The notes under the pieces are model-generated. The model had not been told where the DNA came from. It searched no databases and worked only from the letters and a program-made list of their open reading frames with translations. A stretch of DNA of 57,943 nucleotides. Source: Pirellulaceae bacterium (GTDB lineage Bacteria > Planctomycetota > Planctomycetia > Pirellulales > Pirellulaceae). A program made the position numbers and the translations under genes. Where the stretch lies: NCBI GenBank assembly GCA_028281725.1, contig JANQJJ010000102.1:1-57943 (forward strand), read 5' to 3'. Below, in pieces: positions 28,208 through 38,522 of the stretch; positions within the stretch are counted from its first letter, which is position 1; every line of letters starts with the position of its first letter.

Positions 28208-30547
28208 ATGCGCTACCCTATTTTTCTCCTACTAATGTGCGGAATGCTGGGTGCGCCCAGCAACGCGGACGAACCGCTCATCGCCACAAAGAACCAGATT
28301 TCAGATTTTCTAAGCCATCACTGCGCTGATTGTCACGGCAGCGATGACGCGGCCGGTGGCCTGGATGTGACGAGGCTGACCTTGGCAGACCTCGATCGCG
28401 AAGGCCAGATGCTCGAAGATGTCCTGCGCAAATTGCGGACTCGGCAAATGCCGCCGGTCGACGTGGTTCGGCCCAGCGAAGACGAGTACAACCACGCGAT
28501 CGATGGGTTGACGATTCGGCTGGGGGAATATGCGGAGGCCAATCCGAATCCAGGACGACCAGATTCTCTGAGGCGGCTGAATCGGACCGAGTACCAAAAC
28601 GCAATTCGCGATCTGCTAGCCCTCGATGTCGATGCGCAGTCATTGCTGCCTCCGGACGAATCCAGTCATGGGTTTGACAACGTGACCGTTGGAGAGCTGT
28701 CGCCGACGTTGCTCAGTCGATATGTTTCTGCGGCACAGAAGATCAGTCGGCTGGCTGTGGGCAGTGCACTGCGAAGTCCGGGTGGAGACACCATCCGCCT
28801 GAAACCGGATTTTACGCAAGAGGAGCACGTGGACGGCTTGCCGGTGGGAACGCGTGGCGGTGCGCTGATCAAGTACACGTTTCCGCAAGACGGCCAGTAC
28901 GACATCCAGTTGCGTTTGGCCCGCGATCGAAACGAGCACGTGGAAGGACTTGGCGGCAAGCATGAGTTAGAACTCTTGGTGGACAACCGGATCGCTGCTC
29001 AGTTTACGATTCGTCCGCCCCGAGATCAGGATCATAGTGTGGTCGATGCCTATCTCAAGGCGCGGATCGCGGTAACTGCCGGGCCGCATGATTTGGGAAT
29101 TACGTTTCCAAAGAATCCATCGTCTCTGATCGAAACGATGCGGCAGCCGTTTGACGCGCATTTCAACATGCACCGCCATCCCCGCATATCGCCTGCGATC
29201 TATCAGGTTTCCATTACGGGGCCCTATGCCGGCGAGGGACCGGGCGATACGCCTAGTCGTGATCGCATATTCGTTTGTCGTCCGGAAGGTGTCGCGGAAG
29301 AGCCTCAGTGCGCCGAGCGGATTCTCAGGACGGTGATGCGACGGGCTTATCGGCGCCCCGTCGACGACCAAGATCTGGCTGGGCCGATGGCGTTTTACAC
29401 TCGGGCTCGAGAAGCCGGGGGTAGTTTTGAGCAGGGGATCGAATCCGCATTGAGTTCCGTCTTGGTTAGTCCTCAGTTCCTGTTTCGCGTCGAGCAAGAT
29501 CCGGCAGACGTCGAACCTGGGCAAGTGTATCGGCTGAGCGACCTGGAACTGGCCTCACGACTGGCGTTCTTCCTGTGGAGCAGCATACCGGATGACGAGT
29601 TACTCGATTTGGCCATCGCGGGCACGCTAAGCGACGCGGAGGTACTTGAGCAGCAAGTCCGGCGGATGTTGTCCGACGTTCGCTCCACAGCGCTAGTCAC
29701 GAATTTCGCAGCTCAGTGGTTGTACCTGCGCAACCTGGAATCGATCACGCCGGACATGCGGTTGTTTCCCGACTTTGACGACAATCTACGACAAGCGTTC
29801 CGAACGGAAACCGAGTTGTTCTTACAGGATGTGATGCGGGAAGATCGGAGTGTGTTGGATCTGCTGCAAGCAGACTACACCTATCTCAATCAGCGGCTGG
29901 CTAAGCACTATGATATCCCGCATGTCTACGGGAGCCGATTCCGTCGCGTCCAGCTAGACGATCAGAGTCATCGTGGAGGTTTGCTGCGCCACGGCAGTAT
30001 CCTTACGGTTACGTCCTACGCAACTCGGACTTCACCGGTAATTCGGGGGCACTGGATTCTGAAGAACATGTTGGGGTCGCCTCCACCTCCACCGCCGCCC
30101 GACGTGCCTGCCTTGGAAGACAACTCGGTTTCGGCTGATCAGCCAATTCGCGAGCGGCTGGCCGAGCATCGTGCCAATGCGGCCTGCGCCGGTTGTCATA
30201 ATCTGATGGATCCGGTTGGATTTGCGCTGGAGAATTACGATGCGGTGGGGCGTTGGCGGGAGATGGAAGCCGGCCGACCGGTCGACGCATCAGGCGGTCT
30301 GCCCGGCGGCTCCGTTTTTACGGGGGTGGCTGGTTTGGAACGGGGGCTCTTGGAACGCCCTGAGTTGTTCGTCAGCACTTTGGCGGAGAAGTTGCTGACG
30401 TTTGCGGTCGGTCGAGGCACCGAGCATTACGACGGTCCGGCGATTCGCGCGATTGTGCGCCGAGCTGAAGCCGATCAATATCGCTTTTCATCGGTTATCA
30501 TGGGCATAGTATCGAGTACGCCATTTCAGATGAGGAGAGCCGAGTAA
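28208..30547 (+). CDS. DUF1592-family (DUF1587/1595/1592/1588/1585) c-type-heme-motif protein
   Basis: Signal peptide; CADCH and CAGCH motifs; RRLNRTEYQNAIRDLL, SPQFLFR, LASRLAFFLWSSIPD, TSPVIRGHW, GFALENYDAVGRWR. Confidence 0.92.
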   Translation: MRYPIFLLLMCGMLGAPSNADEPLIATKNQISDFLSHHCADCHGSDDAAGGLDVTRLTLADLDREGQMLEDVLRKLRTRQMPPVDVVRPSEDEYNHAIDGLTIRLGEYAEANPNPGRPDSLRRLNRTEYQNAIRDLLALDVDAQSLLPPDESSHGFDNVTVGELSPTLLSRYVSAAQKISRLAVGSALRSPGGDTIRLKPDFTQEEHVDGLPVGTRGGALIKYTFPQDGQYDIQLRLARDRNEHVEGLGGKHELELLVDNRIAAQFTIRPPRDQDHSVVDAYLKARIAVTAGPHDLGITFPKNPSSLIETMRQPFDAHFNMHRHPRISPAIYQVSITGPYAGEGPGDTPSRDRIFVCRPEGVAEEPQCAERILRTVMRRAYRRPVDDQDLAGPMAFYTRAREAGGSFEQGIESALSSVLVSPQFLFRVEQDPADVEPGQVYRLSDLELASRLAFFLWSSIPDDELLDLAIAGTLSDAEVLEQQVRRMLSDVRSTALVTNFAAQWLYLRNLESITPDMRLFPDFDDNLRQAFRTETELFLQDVMREDRSVLDLLQADYTYLNQRLAKHYDIPHVYGSRFRRVQLDDQSHRGGLLRHGSILTVTSYATRTSPVIRGHWILKNMLGSPPPPPPPDVPALEDNSVSADQPIRERLAEHRANAACAGCHNLMDPVGFALENYDAVGRWREMEAGRPVDASGGLPGGSVFTGVAGLERGLLERPELFVSTLAEKLLTFAVGRGTEHYDGPAIRAIVRRAEADQYRFSSVIMGIVSSTPFQMRRAE

Positions 30548-30549
30548 CG

Positions 30550-31896
30550 ATGTTTATTACCAAGAAAGCTCTGCCGCGACGCACGTTCTTGCGGGGGCTT
30601 GGTACAACGCTGGCGCTGCCTCTGCTAGACGCGATGATTCCAGCGATGACTGCCGCTGCGGCGACGGCGGCCGATTCGACTCGGCTGCGTAGGTTGGGAT
30701 ATGTTTATATGCCCATGGGTTGTGACGCATCCCGTTGGGCATTGCCCGGTGATACTCTGGACGAACTCTCGCCGACGCTTCGTCCACTGGCATCGGTGAA
30801 GGAGCATGTGACGGTCGTTAGCGGCATGGAATTGAAAAACGCCTATCCCGGAACGCACGCGACGTCGAACAGTTCCTTCCTGAGTGCGGCTCGTGCCAAG
30901 ATGACCGAGAGCACGGATTACTACCTCGGTACCACGGTCGATCAGATCGCTGCTAGAGAGGTAGGCCACCAAACGCAGCTACCGTCACTAGAGATGTCGA
31001 TGGATCTGCTGGCAACGGTCGGCCAGTGCGACAACGGCTATGCGTGCGTTTACCAGAATAATTTATCTTGGTCGTCGCCAACGACTCCCCTGCCCTCCGA
31101 AGCCCATCCGCGAATCGTGTTTGAGAGCCTGTTTGGCGAAGGGGGTTCGCCCGAGGATCGGCGGAGGGCGCTGGACCAGCGGGCCAGCTTGTTGGATTCG
31201 GTAACGGAGGATTTGGCGCGGCTGAATCGTCAGCTCGGTCCAAGCGATCGATCGAAGGTCAACGGGTACCTCGAGAGCGTCCGCGAAGTCGAACGCCGCA
31301 TCCAGCAGGCAGAGGCCAAGACGCAAGAGAATCCACTGCCCGATCTGGAACGTCCGGTGGGTGTGCCGGCCGACTACGGGGACCACGCTCGGTTGATGTT
31401 CGATCTGCAGGTGTTGGCCCTCCAAGGCGATGTGACGCGAGTGATTACCTTCCAGCTGGCTCGCGAAACCAGCAATCGTACCTATCCGGAAATCGGCGTG
31501 CCGGATGCCCACCATCCGCTGACCCACCATGGCAATGATCCCGAGAAAATAGCCAAGGTCGCGAAGATCAATCAATTCCATGTCTCACTGTTCGCTTACT
31601 TTCTCGAGCGTTTGAAGGCGACGCCTGAAGGCAACGGTTCTCTGCTGGACCACTGCCTGTATCTCTACGGTAGCGGCATGGGGAACCCGAACGTGCATGA
31701 CCATACGAATCTTCCGATTCTGGTTGCCGGTGGTGCTGCCGGGAACATGCGCGGCGGTCGGCATATTCGTTTCGATCAGCCAACACCGCTGGCCAATTTG
31801 CATCTCAGCCTGCTCAATAAGGTCGGTGTGCAGCTCGATTCGTTTGCCGATAGCACCGGTACGGTCGATGAGTTGTTCGAGCCGCTGTCGATTTAG
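30550..31896 (+). CDS. DUF1552 (HXXSHH-type) protein
   Basis: Tat-like RRTFLRG..LPLLDAM; TVDQIAA; HHPLTHHG; GSLLDH; HDHTNLPILVAGG. Starts 2 nt after the DUF1592 gene. Confidence 0.92.
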   Translation: MFITKKALPRRTFLRGLGTTLALPLLDAMIPAMTAAAATAADSTRLRRLGYVYMPMGCDASRWALPGDTLDELSPTLRPLASVKEHVTVVSGMELKNAYPGTHATSNSSFLSAARAKMTESTDYYLGTTVDQIAAREVGHQTQLPSLEMSMDLLATVGQCDNGYACVYQNNLSWSSPTTPLPSEAHPRIVFESLFGEGGSPEDRRRALDQRASLLDSVTEDLARLNRQLGPSDRSKVNGYLESVREVERRIQQAEAKTQENPLPDLERPVGVPADYGDHARLMFDLQVLALQGDVTRVITFQLARETSNRTYPEIGVPDAHHPLTHHGNDPEKIAKVAKINQFHVSLFAYFLERLKATPEGNGSLLDHCLYLYGSGMGNPNVHDHTNLPILVAGGAAGNMRGGRHIRFDQPTPLANLHLSLLNKVGVQLDSFADSTGTVDELFEPLSI

Positions 31897-31939
31897 TGCC
31901 AATTCGCCCTTTGAGCCAAAACGAATCTCTGGTGCACCT

Positions 31940-33466
31940 ATGCTATGGACCCAAGATTACCGCCAGCGTGAGAGTCAGCGTATCGATAGCCGATGGGTTC
32001 GTGTGCTAGGGACTCTGATCGCTATGGTCATCGGACCGGCTGCAACCGCCGACGAAGAAGCCCGGCTCGCCGACGCGGCTCAGTCGCGGAACATCGCGCA
32101 GGTTCAGACCCTCATTCGGCAAGGCGCTCGACTGGGTGCGGCCCAAGTCGACGGGATGACCGCCCTGCACTGGGCGACCTACCATGACGATCTCGAGATG
32201 ACGCGTCAGCTGCTCTCGGCGGGCGCCGAGGTGGCCGTAGCCAATCGTTATGGCGTCACGCCCCTTTCTCTAGCCTGCACAAACGGCCGTGCTGAGATCG
32301 TGCGTCTGCTCCTGGAGGCGGGCGCCGATCCAAACAGCCAGCTCCGTGGGGGTGAAACGGCACTCATGACCGCGGCCCGCACGGGCAAGCTGGAGCCAGT
32401 CCAGTTGTTGCTCGCACGCGGGGCAGAAATCAATCGAAAGGAACGTAAGGGGCAAACGGCCCTGATGTGGGCAGCCGCCGATGGGCACGTTGCCGTCGTG
32501 CAGGAGTTGATCAAGGCGGGCGCCGATTTCCAAACGCCCCTTGAGTCAGGATTCACGCCGCTGCTGTTTGCCGTTCGTGAAGGGCAAACCGAGGTGGTCC
32601 AAGCACTGCTCTCAGCGGGCGCGGACGTCGATAGTGTGATGAATCCCAAGCGAACAGGCGGCAAGAACCCGCGCCGCGGCATGAGTCCCTTGCTGCTGGC
32701 AGTCGAAAACGGCCATCTCGAGCTGGCGATTGCGCTCGTCGATGCGGGTGCCGATCCGAATGACCAACGGAGTGGGTTCACGCCGCTGCACACGATCACT
32801 TGGGTTCGCAAGCCCAATCGTGGCGATTCGGCCGATGGCGATCCGGCGCCGATGGGTTCTGGAAATCTGACCAGCCTTCAGTTTGTGCGGGCCCTAGTGG
32901 AGCGGGGTGCTGAAGTGAACGCGCGGCTGAAGCGAGGTAGTGCGGGTCGTGGAAGACTCAATCCCAAAGGAGCAACGCCCTTTCTGCTGGCTGCCAAGAC
33001 GGGCGACCTGCCCCTGATGAAGCTCCTGTTGGAACTTGGCGCCGATCCGCGTATTGCCAACCAGGATGGCTGTACGCCCTTGATGGTGGCGGCCGGACTG
33101 GGCACCTATGCGCCAGGCGAAGAAGCGGGCACGGAAGAAGAGGCCCTGGAAGCTGTCGAACTGCTGCTGGCATTGGGGGCGGATATCGATGCGGTCGATC
33201 GAAACGGCGAGACAGCCATGCACGGCGCCGCCTACAAGAGCCTTCCCCGAGTTGTAGAACGCTTAGCCAGTCGCGGAGCGGATGTCGACGTTTGGTATCG
33301 GAAGAACAAACACGGCTGGACACCGGTCTTGATCGCCGAAGGTCATCGGCCCGGCAATTTCAAACCGTCTCCGGCGACGTTGAAGGCCCTCCACCAGCAG
33401 CTGATCGCCCATGGCATCCAACCGCCTCCACCGACACCCCGCGAGAAACGAAAGGGTTATCAGTAA
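31940..33466 (+). CDS. Exported ankyrin-repeat protein
   Basis: Many ankyrin units (GMTALHWA, GVTPLSLAC, GETALMTAA, GQTALMWAA, GFTPLLFAV, GETAMHGAA) after a signal-like hydrophobic segment. The start codon is uncertain. Confidence 0.9.
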   Translation: MLWTQDYRQRESQRIDSRWVRVLGTLIAMVIGPAATADEEARLADAAQSRNIAQVQTLIRQGARLGAAQVDGMTALHWATYHDDLEMTRQLLSAGAEVAVANRYGVTPLSLACTNGRAEIVRLLLEAGADPNSQLRGGETALMTAARTGKLEPVQLLLARGAEINRKERKGQTALMWAAADGHVAVVQELIKAGADFQTPLESGFTPLLFAVREGQTEVVQALLSAGADVDSVMNPKRTGGKNPRRGMSPLLLAVENGHLELAIALVDAGADPNDQRSGFTPLHTITWVRKPNRGDSADGDPAPMGSGNLTSLQFVRALVERGAEVNARLKRGSAGRGRLNPKGATPFLLAAKTGDLPLMKLLLELGADPRIANQDGCTPLMVAAGLGTYAPGEEAGTEEEALEAVELLLALGADIDAVDRNGETAMHGAAYKSLPRVVERLASRGADVDVWYRKNKHGWTPVLIAEGHRPGNFKPSPATLKALHQQLIAHGIQPPPPTPREKRKGYQ

Positions 33467-33629
33467 CGGTTGGCAATCAAGCCGAGATGGAATTTGTTTG
33501 CCCAGTCGGCAACGCGTTTTGCTCAGTTTTAAAGCCACTTCTTGGTAAGCGCCACCACACCAGCGGCTGGTGCTGAGCGAGAAGTGTCGTTTTAAACGGC
33601 CTTTTGGGCGACAAACCATGCCTACGTTT

Positions 33630-35462
33630 CTAAGCCGTGCTGTCTGGCAAATTTCTTCGAATAATTATTTCTCCGGCCGCAGCCACTGTGGACAGCGCGG
33701 CACAAAGCCAGGCGAGTGGATAGCCGAACCGTTGAACGAGTCCCCATCGGCCGTCGGCAACCGGTTCGGCCAAGATGGCCCCGACAGCAAAACGCTCCGA
33801 TAGCTGCCGGACACGGCCCGCGCCGTCAATGTGCGCCGATAAGCCCGTATTGGCGGCAACGAGCAACGGTCGGCGGTTTTCGGCCGCGCAGACGATTGAG
33901 CAGGCCAAATGATGATCGAGCATGGATGAGCCGCGGAACCAACTATCATTGGTAATGTTGATCAAGACATCCGGTGATTTGCCTGCGGCAGTCAACGTAC
34001 GTACTTGCCAGGAAATCAGCCGCGGCATCATGCTTTCGAAGCAGATGCTCGGAGCCACATTGACGTCGCCAACCCGAAACGATTTGACCTCATTGCCCGC
34101 TTGAATTCCGACAAAACCAAAGGCGTCGCCGAGCCACTTCAACAGCGGGCCCAGCGGTATGTATTCTCCGAACATGACCAGGTGCATCTTGTAGTAGCGG
34201 TCGCGCAGGTCGCCATCCGGCCCGACAAGCAGAGCCGCGTTGTACCGCTCGACCTGCTCGGAGCGGTAGATCCATGCGTCCGAGCCGAGCAGCAAGTGCG
34301 GTTGTTGACCAGAGGCCATACCATCCGGCCCACTGCCGAAATTCAGGCCGCGGGCGGCCTGCAAAACACTCTCGGACTTGAATCGGAATTGCTGCTGCAG
34401 GTCGTTGACGACTTCCAATAGATAGTTTTCATCCACGTTCTCTCTGGCAAGCTCAGCCGGCACGCCATCGGTCAACCAAGTCTCCATCCAAGGTGCGTTG
34501 GCAGTGAAAGTGGATTCAGGCCAGCACACCAGATCGACCACACCATGTTCCTGAGCCGCAGCTCGGGTTGCATTCAAATAGCGTGTCCAGGCCAACGCGT
34601 TGCGCTCTCGATTGATCTCAAAAACGGTAGGCGTATTCTCCTGAATTAGCAGGACTCGCATTTGCGGTGAGTGCTGGGCTGCCAGCTGATCTGTTTCGCG
34701 CAGTCGCCACCCGCCATACCCTAGCGTCGCTACCAACAGGACGAGAGCCCAAGCGGCCGGTCCCGCCGCAGATGAAAGCCGCGCTGCCTGCCAACTGCAA
34801 ACTAGCTGGAAGAGAGCCGCGCTGCAGGTCATCATCACGAAGCTCACACCGGTGCCGCCCAGCTGATCTGCAATCTGAATCACGATTGGATCATGTGCCT
34901 GCGAGTGAGCCAATGTGTTGGCGGCGTATCCGGAGAGCATGTAGCTGCGGATCAGCTCCAAGCCGACCCAGGCCACCGGCGCGGCCAGCACCAGCGGAAC
35001 ATGCCACCGCCGGCGGAGGATGCGGGTGACACCGACAAACAGCGGGACGTAGATCGCCAGGTACAACGAGAGTGCCAGCCAGCCGAAAATCAGAGGCCAA
35101 AAGGCGAGTCGGATACCGTGAAGGATAAGTAGCCAAAACAGGCAACCCGATAGCCATAGTGAAAAATATTCTTTTCGGCCCAGCGGTGTCTGGCGCTCGG
35201 CGATGAGCAGCCAGCCCGCCGGTGCCAGCCAGGCCAGCAGCCCCAAATTCAGCGGCGGAAACGCGGCCCAGAGAACCGCGGCGCTTGCCAAGGCGGGAAG
35301 CAATACGCCATCCCGCCAAGAACGCACGGCCCCGGAACTAGCCGGCCCAAAATTGCCGCGCCCAGAACCTGTGCCTTGCGTGTCTCGGTCTGCTCCTTCG
35401 GCTCGGGTGTGGGCCACTTGCTGGTGCTTGGCTCGCGAGGACTTCCTTGCCTTCCGTCTCAT
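33630..35462 (-). CDS. lnt: Apolipoprotein N-acyltransferase
   Basis: TM N-terminal domain; catalytic triad motifs WPES, YYKMHLVMFGEYIP and ICFES; NITNDSWF, ANTGLS; AGGAG RBS before ATG 35462. Confidence 0.92.
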   Translation of the reverse strand: MRRKARKSSRAKHQQVAHTRAEGADRDTQGTGSGRGNFGPASSGAVRSWRDGVLLPALASAAVLWAAFPPLNLGLLAWLAPAGWLLIAERQTPLGRKEYFSLWLSGCLFWLLILHGIRLAFWPLIFGWLALSLYLAIYVPLFVGVTRILRRRWHVPLVLAAPVAWVGLELIRSYMLSGYAANTLAHSQAHDPIVIQIADQLGGTGVSFVMMTCSAALFQLVCSWQAARLSSAAGPAAWALVLLVATLGYGGWRLRETDQLAAQHSPQMRVLLIQENTPTVFEINRERNALAWTRYLNATRAAAQEHGVVDLVCWPESTFTANAPWMETWLTDGVPAELARENVDENYLLEVVNDLQQQFRFKSESVLQAARGLNFGSGPDGMASGQQPHLLLGSDAWIYRSEQVERYNAALLVGPDGDLRDRYYKMHLVMFGEYIPLGPLLKWLGDAFGFVGIQAGNEVKSFRVGDVNVAPSICFESMMPRLISWQVRTLTAAGKSPDVLINITNDSWFRGSSMLDHHLACSIVCAAENRRPLLVAANTGLSAHIDGAGRVRQLSERFAVGAILAEPVADGRWGLVQRFGYPLAWLCAALSTVAAAGEIIIRRNLPDSTA

Positions 35463-35600
35463 CTCGATTCTCCTGCAACGGAAGCCAGCCGACTTGCCTG
35501 AAGGTACTCGCTTTGGGCAATCTGAGTGCTGCCGGTTTTTACTTGTCCGTGCGACTGCGGTCGCCAAGAGCCGTTGCGACTCAGGCCAGGAGTAGGCTCG

Positions 35601-38522
35601 CTACGCCCAGTCCAGAGGCTGGTGCCAGGCAGCGAACAGCTCTCGCCACGGAGTCGCCACCAGCGTGGAATCGCCGCTGCGGATGGTCACGTTCGGTCCG
35701 TCATGGACGGTCCCCAAGCGAACAGAGCGCGTGCCGGCCAGACACTGTTTTAGTTCTTCTTCGCGGTCGCTGTCGACCTCAATCAGAAAGCGGCTATTGC
35801 TTTCAGAAAACAGCAACTCACTGGCAGCAAGCTGGTTTTGCTCGGCAGCTTCGGCGATGTCGACGTCGACGCCCAACTGTCCGGCAAAAGACATTTCAGC
35901 CAGTGATACGGACAAACCGCCTTCGCTCAGGTCATGGCAAGCGCGTATCAAGCCGGAAGCGATGGCCGCATGGACTGCTTCAAAAGTTGCCTTCGCCTGC
36001 TCTAGTTCCACTTGGGGCACGGAGCCGCCGCTGAGCCCAAGAACCTGGAGCAGATGTGAGCCGCCGAGTTCGCGGTGAGTCGCTCCGATGAGGTAGATCG
36101 GGTTTCCCGCTTCTTTCAGATCCATGGTGACGCACTGGGCGACATCGTCGACCTGCCCGATAGCGCTGATCAGCAACGAAGGCGGGATAGCGATGGTTTG
36201 CTTGTTTCCACTCGCATCGACCCACGTGAACTCGTTGTTCAGGCTATCCTTGCCGCTGATGAAGGGGGTCTTCCAGGCAACAGCCACATCGTGACAAGCG
36301 AGCGCGGCGCGCACCAGTGAGCCGAGTGTTTCGGGGCGATCCGTGTTGCCCCAACAAAAATTGTCCAGGATTGCGATGCGGGATGGATCGGCACCGACGG
36401 CGACCGCATTGCGCACCGCCTCATCAATGGCGCTCGTTGCCATCGGATACGGATCGAGATCGCCGTAGGCGGGATTCATGCCGCAGCTAATCACGATGCC
36501 ACGCCGGCTATCGATCCGTGGCCGCACGACGGCGGCATCGCCCGGGCCGTTACACTCGGGCCCGACGAGTGGCTTGATTGCGCTTCCGCCCTGAACCTCA
36601 TGATCGTATTGGCGAATGATCCAGTGCTTGCTCGCCACATTCAGGCAGCCGAGAATTCTCTTCAGCGCGTCCTCTGTTTGGGCTCTATCCAGGTCAGGCA
36701 GAGCCAGCTGGGTAACAGGAGGCGGTGTGTATGTTGCACTGCGAATCACTGGTGGACGGCCATCGTGCAGGAATTCCATCGACACCAGACCGACTTCTTG
36801 GCCTTCGTACATCAGCCGCAACTGGCCCGTGGGAACGAATTGACCAATGACGGACGCCTCGACTCCCTCGGCCGCGCACACCTCTTTCATGCGCTCGAGT
36901 TTCGATGGTGGTACGGCGAATACCATGCGCTCTTGGGCTTCACTAATCCAGATCTCGGTATAGCTCAGGCCCTGGTACTTCAGCGGTGCGCGCTCGAGCC
37001 AAACTTCGGCGCCGATCGATTCGCCCATCTCGCCGACGGCGCTACTGAATCCGCCGGCGCCGCAGTCCGTGACGGCGTTGTAGAGTTCTTCGTCACGAGC
37101 CTGCAGTAGCACATCGAGAACCATTTTTTCGGTGACTGCGTTGCCAATTTGTACCGCGCCGCCGGAGATTGACTCGCTTTGGCTAGTCAACTCGGCGCTG
37201 CTGAACGTGGCACCGTGAATGCCGTCACGTCCGGTGCGTCCGCCAATCGTCACGATCCAATCGCCGCCGCGCGGACACTTGTCGACCTTGTCGACCGGTA
37301 GCAAACCGGCGTTACCGCAATAGACCAGGGGGTTACCCAGGTATCGCGGATCGAAGTACACGGCGCCATTGACCGTTGGAATGCCCATGCGATTACCGTA
37401 GTCGCGGACACCCGAGACGACTCCCTTCATAACGCGGCGCGGATGCAAGACGCCTGGTGGTAGGCTGGCGGGATCCGTGTCTGGCGGGGCAAAGCAGAAA
37501 ATGTCTGTATTGCAGAACGGCTTGGCTCCCAGGCCCGTTCCCATGGGGTCGCGAATCACGCCGCCAATACCGGTGTTCGCGCCTCCGTAGGGTTCGATCG
37601 CACTGGGGTGGTTGTGTGTTTCGACTTTAAAGACCACGTGGTAGTCGTCGTCGAACTTGACGATGCCCGCATTGTCCGAGAAGACCTTCACACACCAGTC
37701 GTCCGCGCCGAGTTCCTGCCGGATCGTGGAAGTCGCGGCAAAGATCGTCTCCCCGAGCATGTTTTCGAACTGTCGCGACCCTTTCTCGTCCGTATATGCG
37801 ATTCGACCCGCGAGCGTCTTGTGACTGCAGTGCTCGCTCCAGGTTTGGGCGATGGTCTCCAATTCGATATCGGTCGGCTCGCGGCCCAGATCCTGGAAAT
37901 GCTTTTGGATGGTCTGCATCTCGGCCAGGGTCAGATACAACTGTCCCTCGCGCGAAAGTTTCTCGAGTTGTTCGTCATTCAGTTGGCGAATACTCACTCG
38001 CCGCAGTTCGAACGGATACTCAGATCCCACGTCTAGTTGGTCCAGGACCAGCGGGCCGGTAATCACGCGTTCAATCGAATCATTCGAGAGCAGCTTTTGG
38101 CACAGTCGATCCAGTAGTTCCGGCTGGAGGTCACTGAGCCAGTACTTTCGAAAGGTCGACACTTGCTCGACCGGCAGGCTCATGTCCTGCAGGGCTTGGA
38201 GCGTACTGAGTGCGACCGGATCCATGACTCCCGGTTTGGGCAGCACATGCACCAGTTGGCTCAGTCCGGCGCGGGGAGCCGAAAGGCGGTCGTCGCCAAT
38301 CTGCGCGATGGTGGTCGTTTCCACGATCGAGTCGGCCAGCAATTGACCGGCAGCCAGCTGCGCCTGTTCTTCGCCCAGATCGCCCTGAAGTAGAAATCCG
38401 TGCGATGCGGCGATGGCCAGGTTGTCATCGAGTCCCAAGTCGCGCGCCTCGGCCGCGAGGGACTTGCCAGCCACATCTGTCTGTCCGGCGGCCGGAAGAA
38501 TATCAATTTCCCACAGAGTCAC
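35601..38522 (-). CDS. purL: Phosphoribosylformylglycinamidine synthase subunit PurL, with an N-terminal PurS-like extension
   Basis: WSEHCSHK, KVETHNHPSAIEPYGGA, GRDGIHGATFSS, DCGAGG, SEAQERM, ISGKDSLNN, HDLSEGG. Confidence 0.96.
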   Translation of the reverse strand: MTLWEIDILPAAGQTDVAGKSLAAEARDLGLDDNLAIAASHGFLLQGDLGEEQAQLAAGQLLADSIVETTTIAQIGDDRLSAPRAGLSQLVHVLPKPGVMDPVALSTLQALQDMSLPVEQVSTFRKYWLSDLQPELLDRLCQKLLSNDSIERVITGPLVLDQLDVGSEYPFELRRVSIRQLNDEQLEKLSREGQLYLTLAEMQTIQKHFQDLGREPTDIELETIAQTWSEHCSHKTLAGRIAYTDEKGSRQFENMLGETIFAATSTIRQELGADDWCVKVFSDNAGIVKFDDDYHVVFKVETHNHPSAIEPYGGANTGIGGVIRDPMGTGLGAKPFCNTDIFCFAPPDTDPASLPPGVLHPRRVMKGVVSGVRDYGNRMGIPTVNGAVYFDPRYLGNPLVYCGNAGLLPVDKVDKCPRGGDWIVTIGGRTGRDGIHGATFSSAELTSQSESISGGAVQIGNAVTEKMVLDVLLQARDEELYNAVTDCGAGGFSSAVGEMGESIGAEVWLERAPLKYQGLSYTEIWISEAQERMVFAVPPSKLERMKEVCAAEGVEASVIGQFVPTGQLRLMYEGQEVGLVSMEFLHDGRPPVIRSATYTPPPVTQLALPDLDRAQTEDALKRILGCLNVASKHWIIRQYDHEVQGGSAIKPLVGPECNGPGDAAVVRPRIDSRRGIVISCGMNPAYGDLDPYPMATSAIDEAVRNAVAVGADPSRIAILDNFCWGNTDRPETLGSLVRAALACHDVAVAWKTPFISGKDSLNNEFTWVDASGNKQTIAIPPSLLISAIGQVDDVAQCVTMDLKEAGNPIYLIGATHRELGGSHLLQVLGLSGGSVPQVELEQAKATFEAVHAAIASGLIRACHDLSEGGLSVSLAEMSFAGQLGVDVDIAEAAEQNQLAASELLFSESNSRFLIEVDSDREEELKQCLAGTRSVRLGTVHDGPNVTIRSGDSTLVATPWRELFAAWHQPLDWA

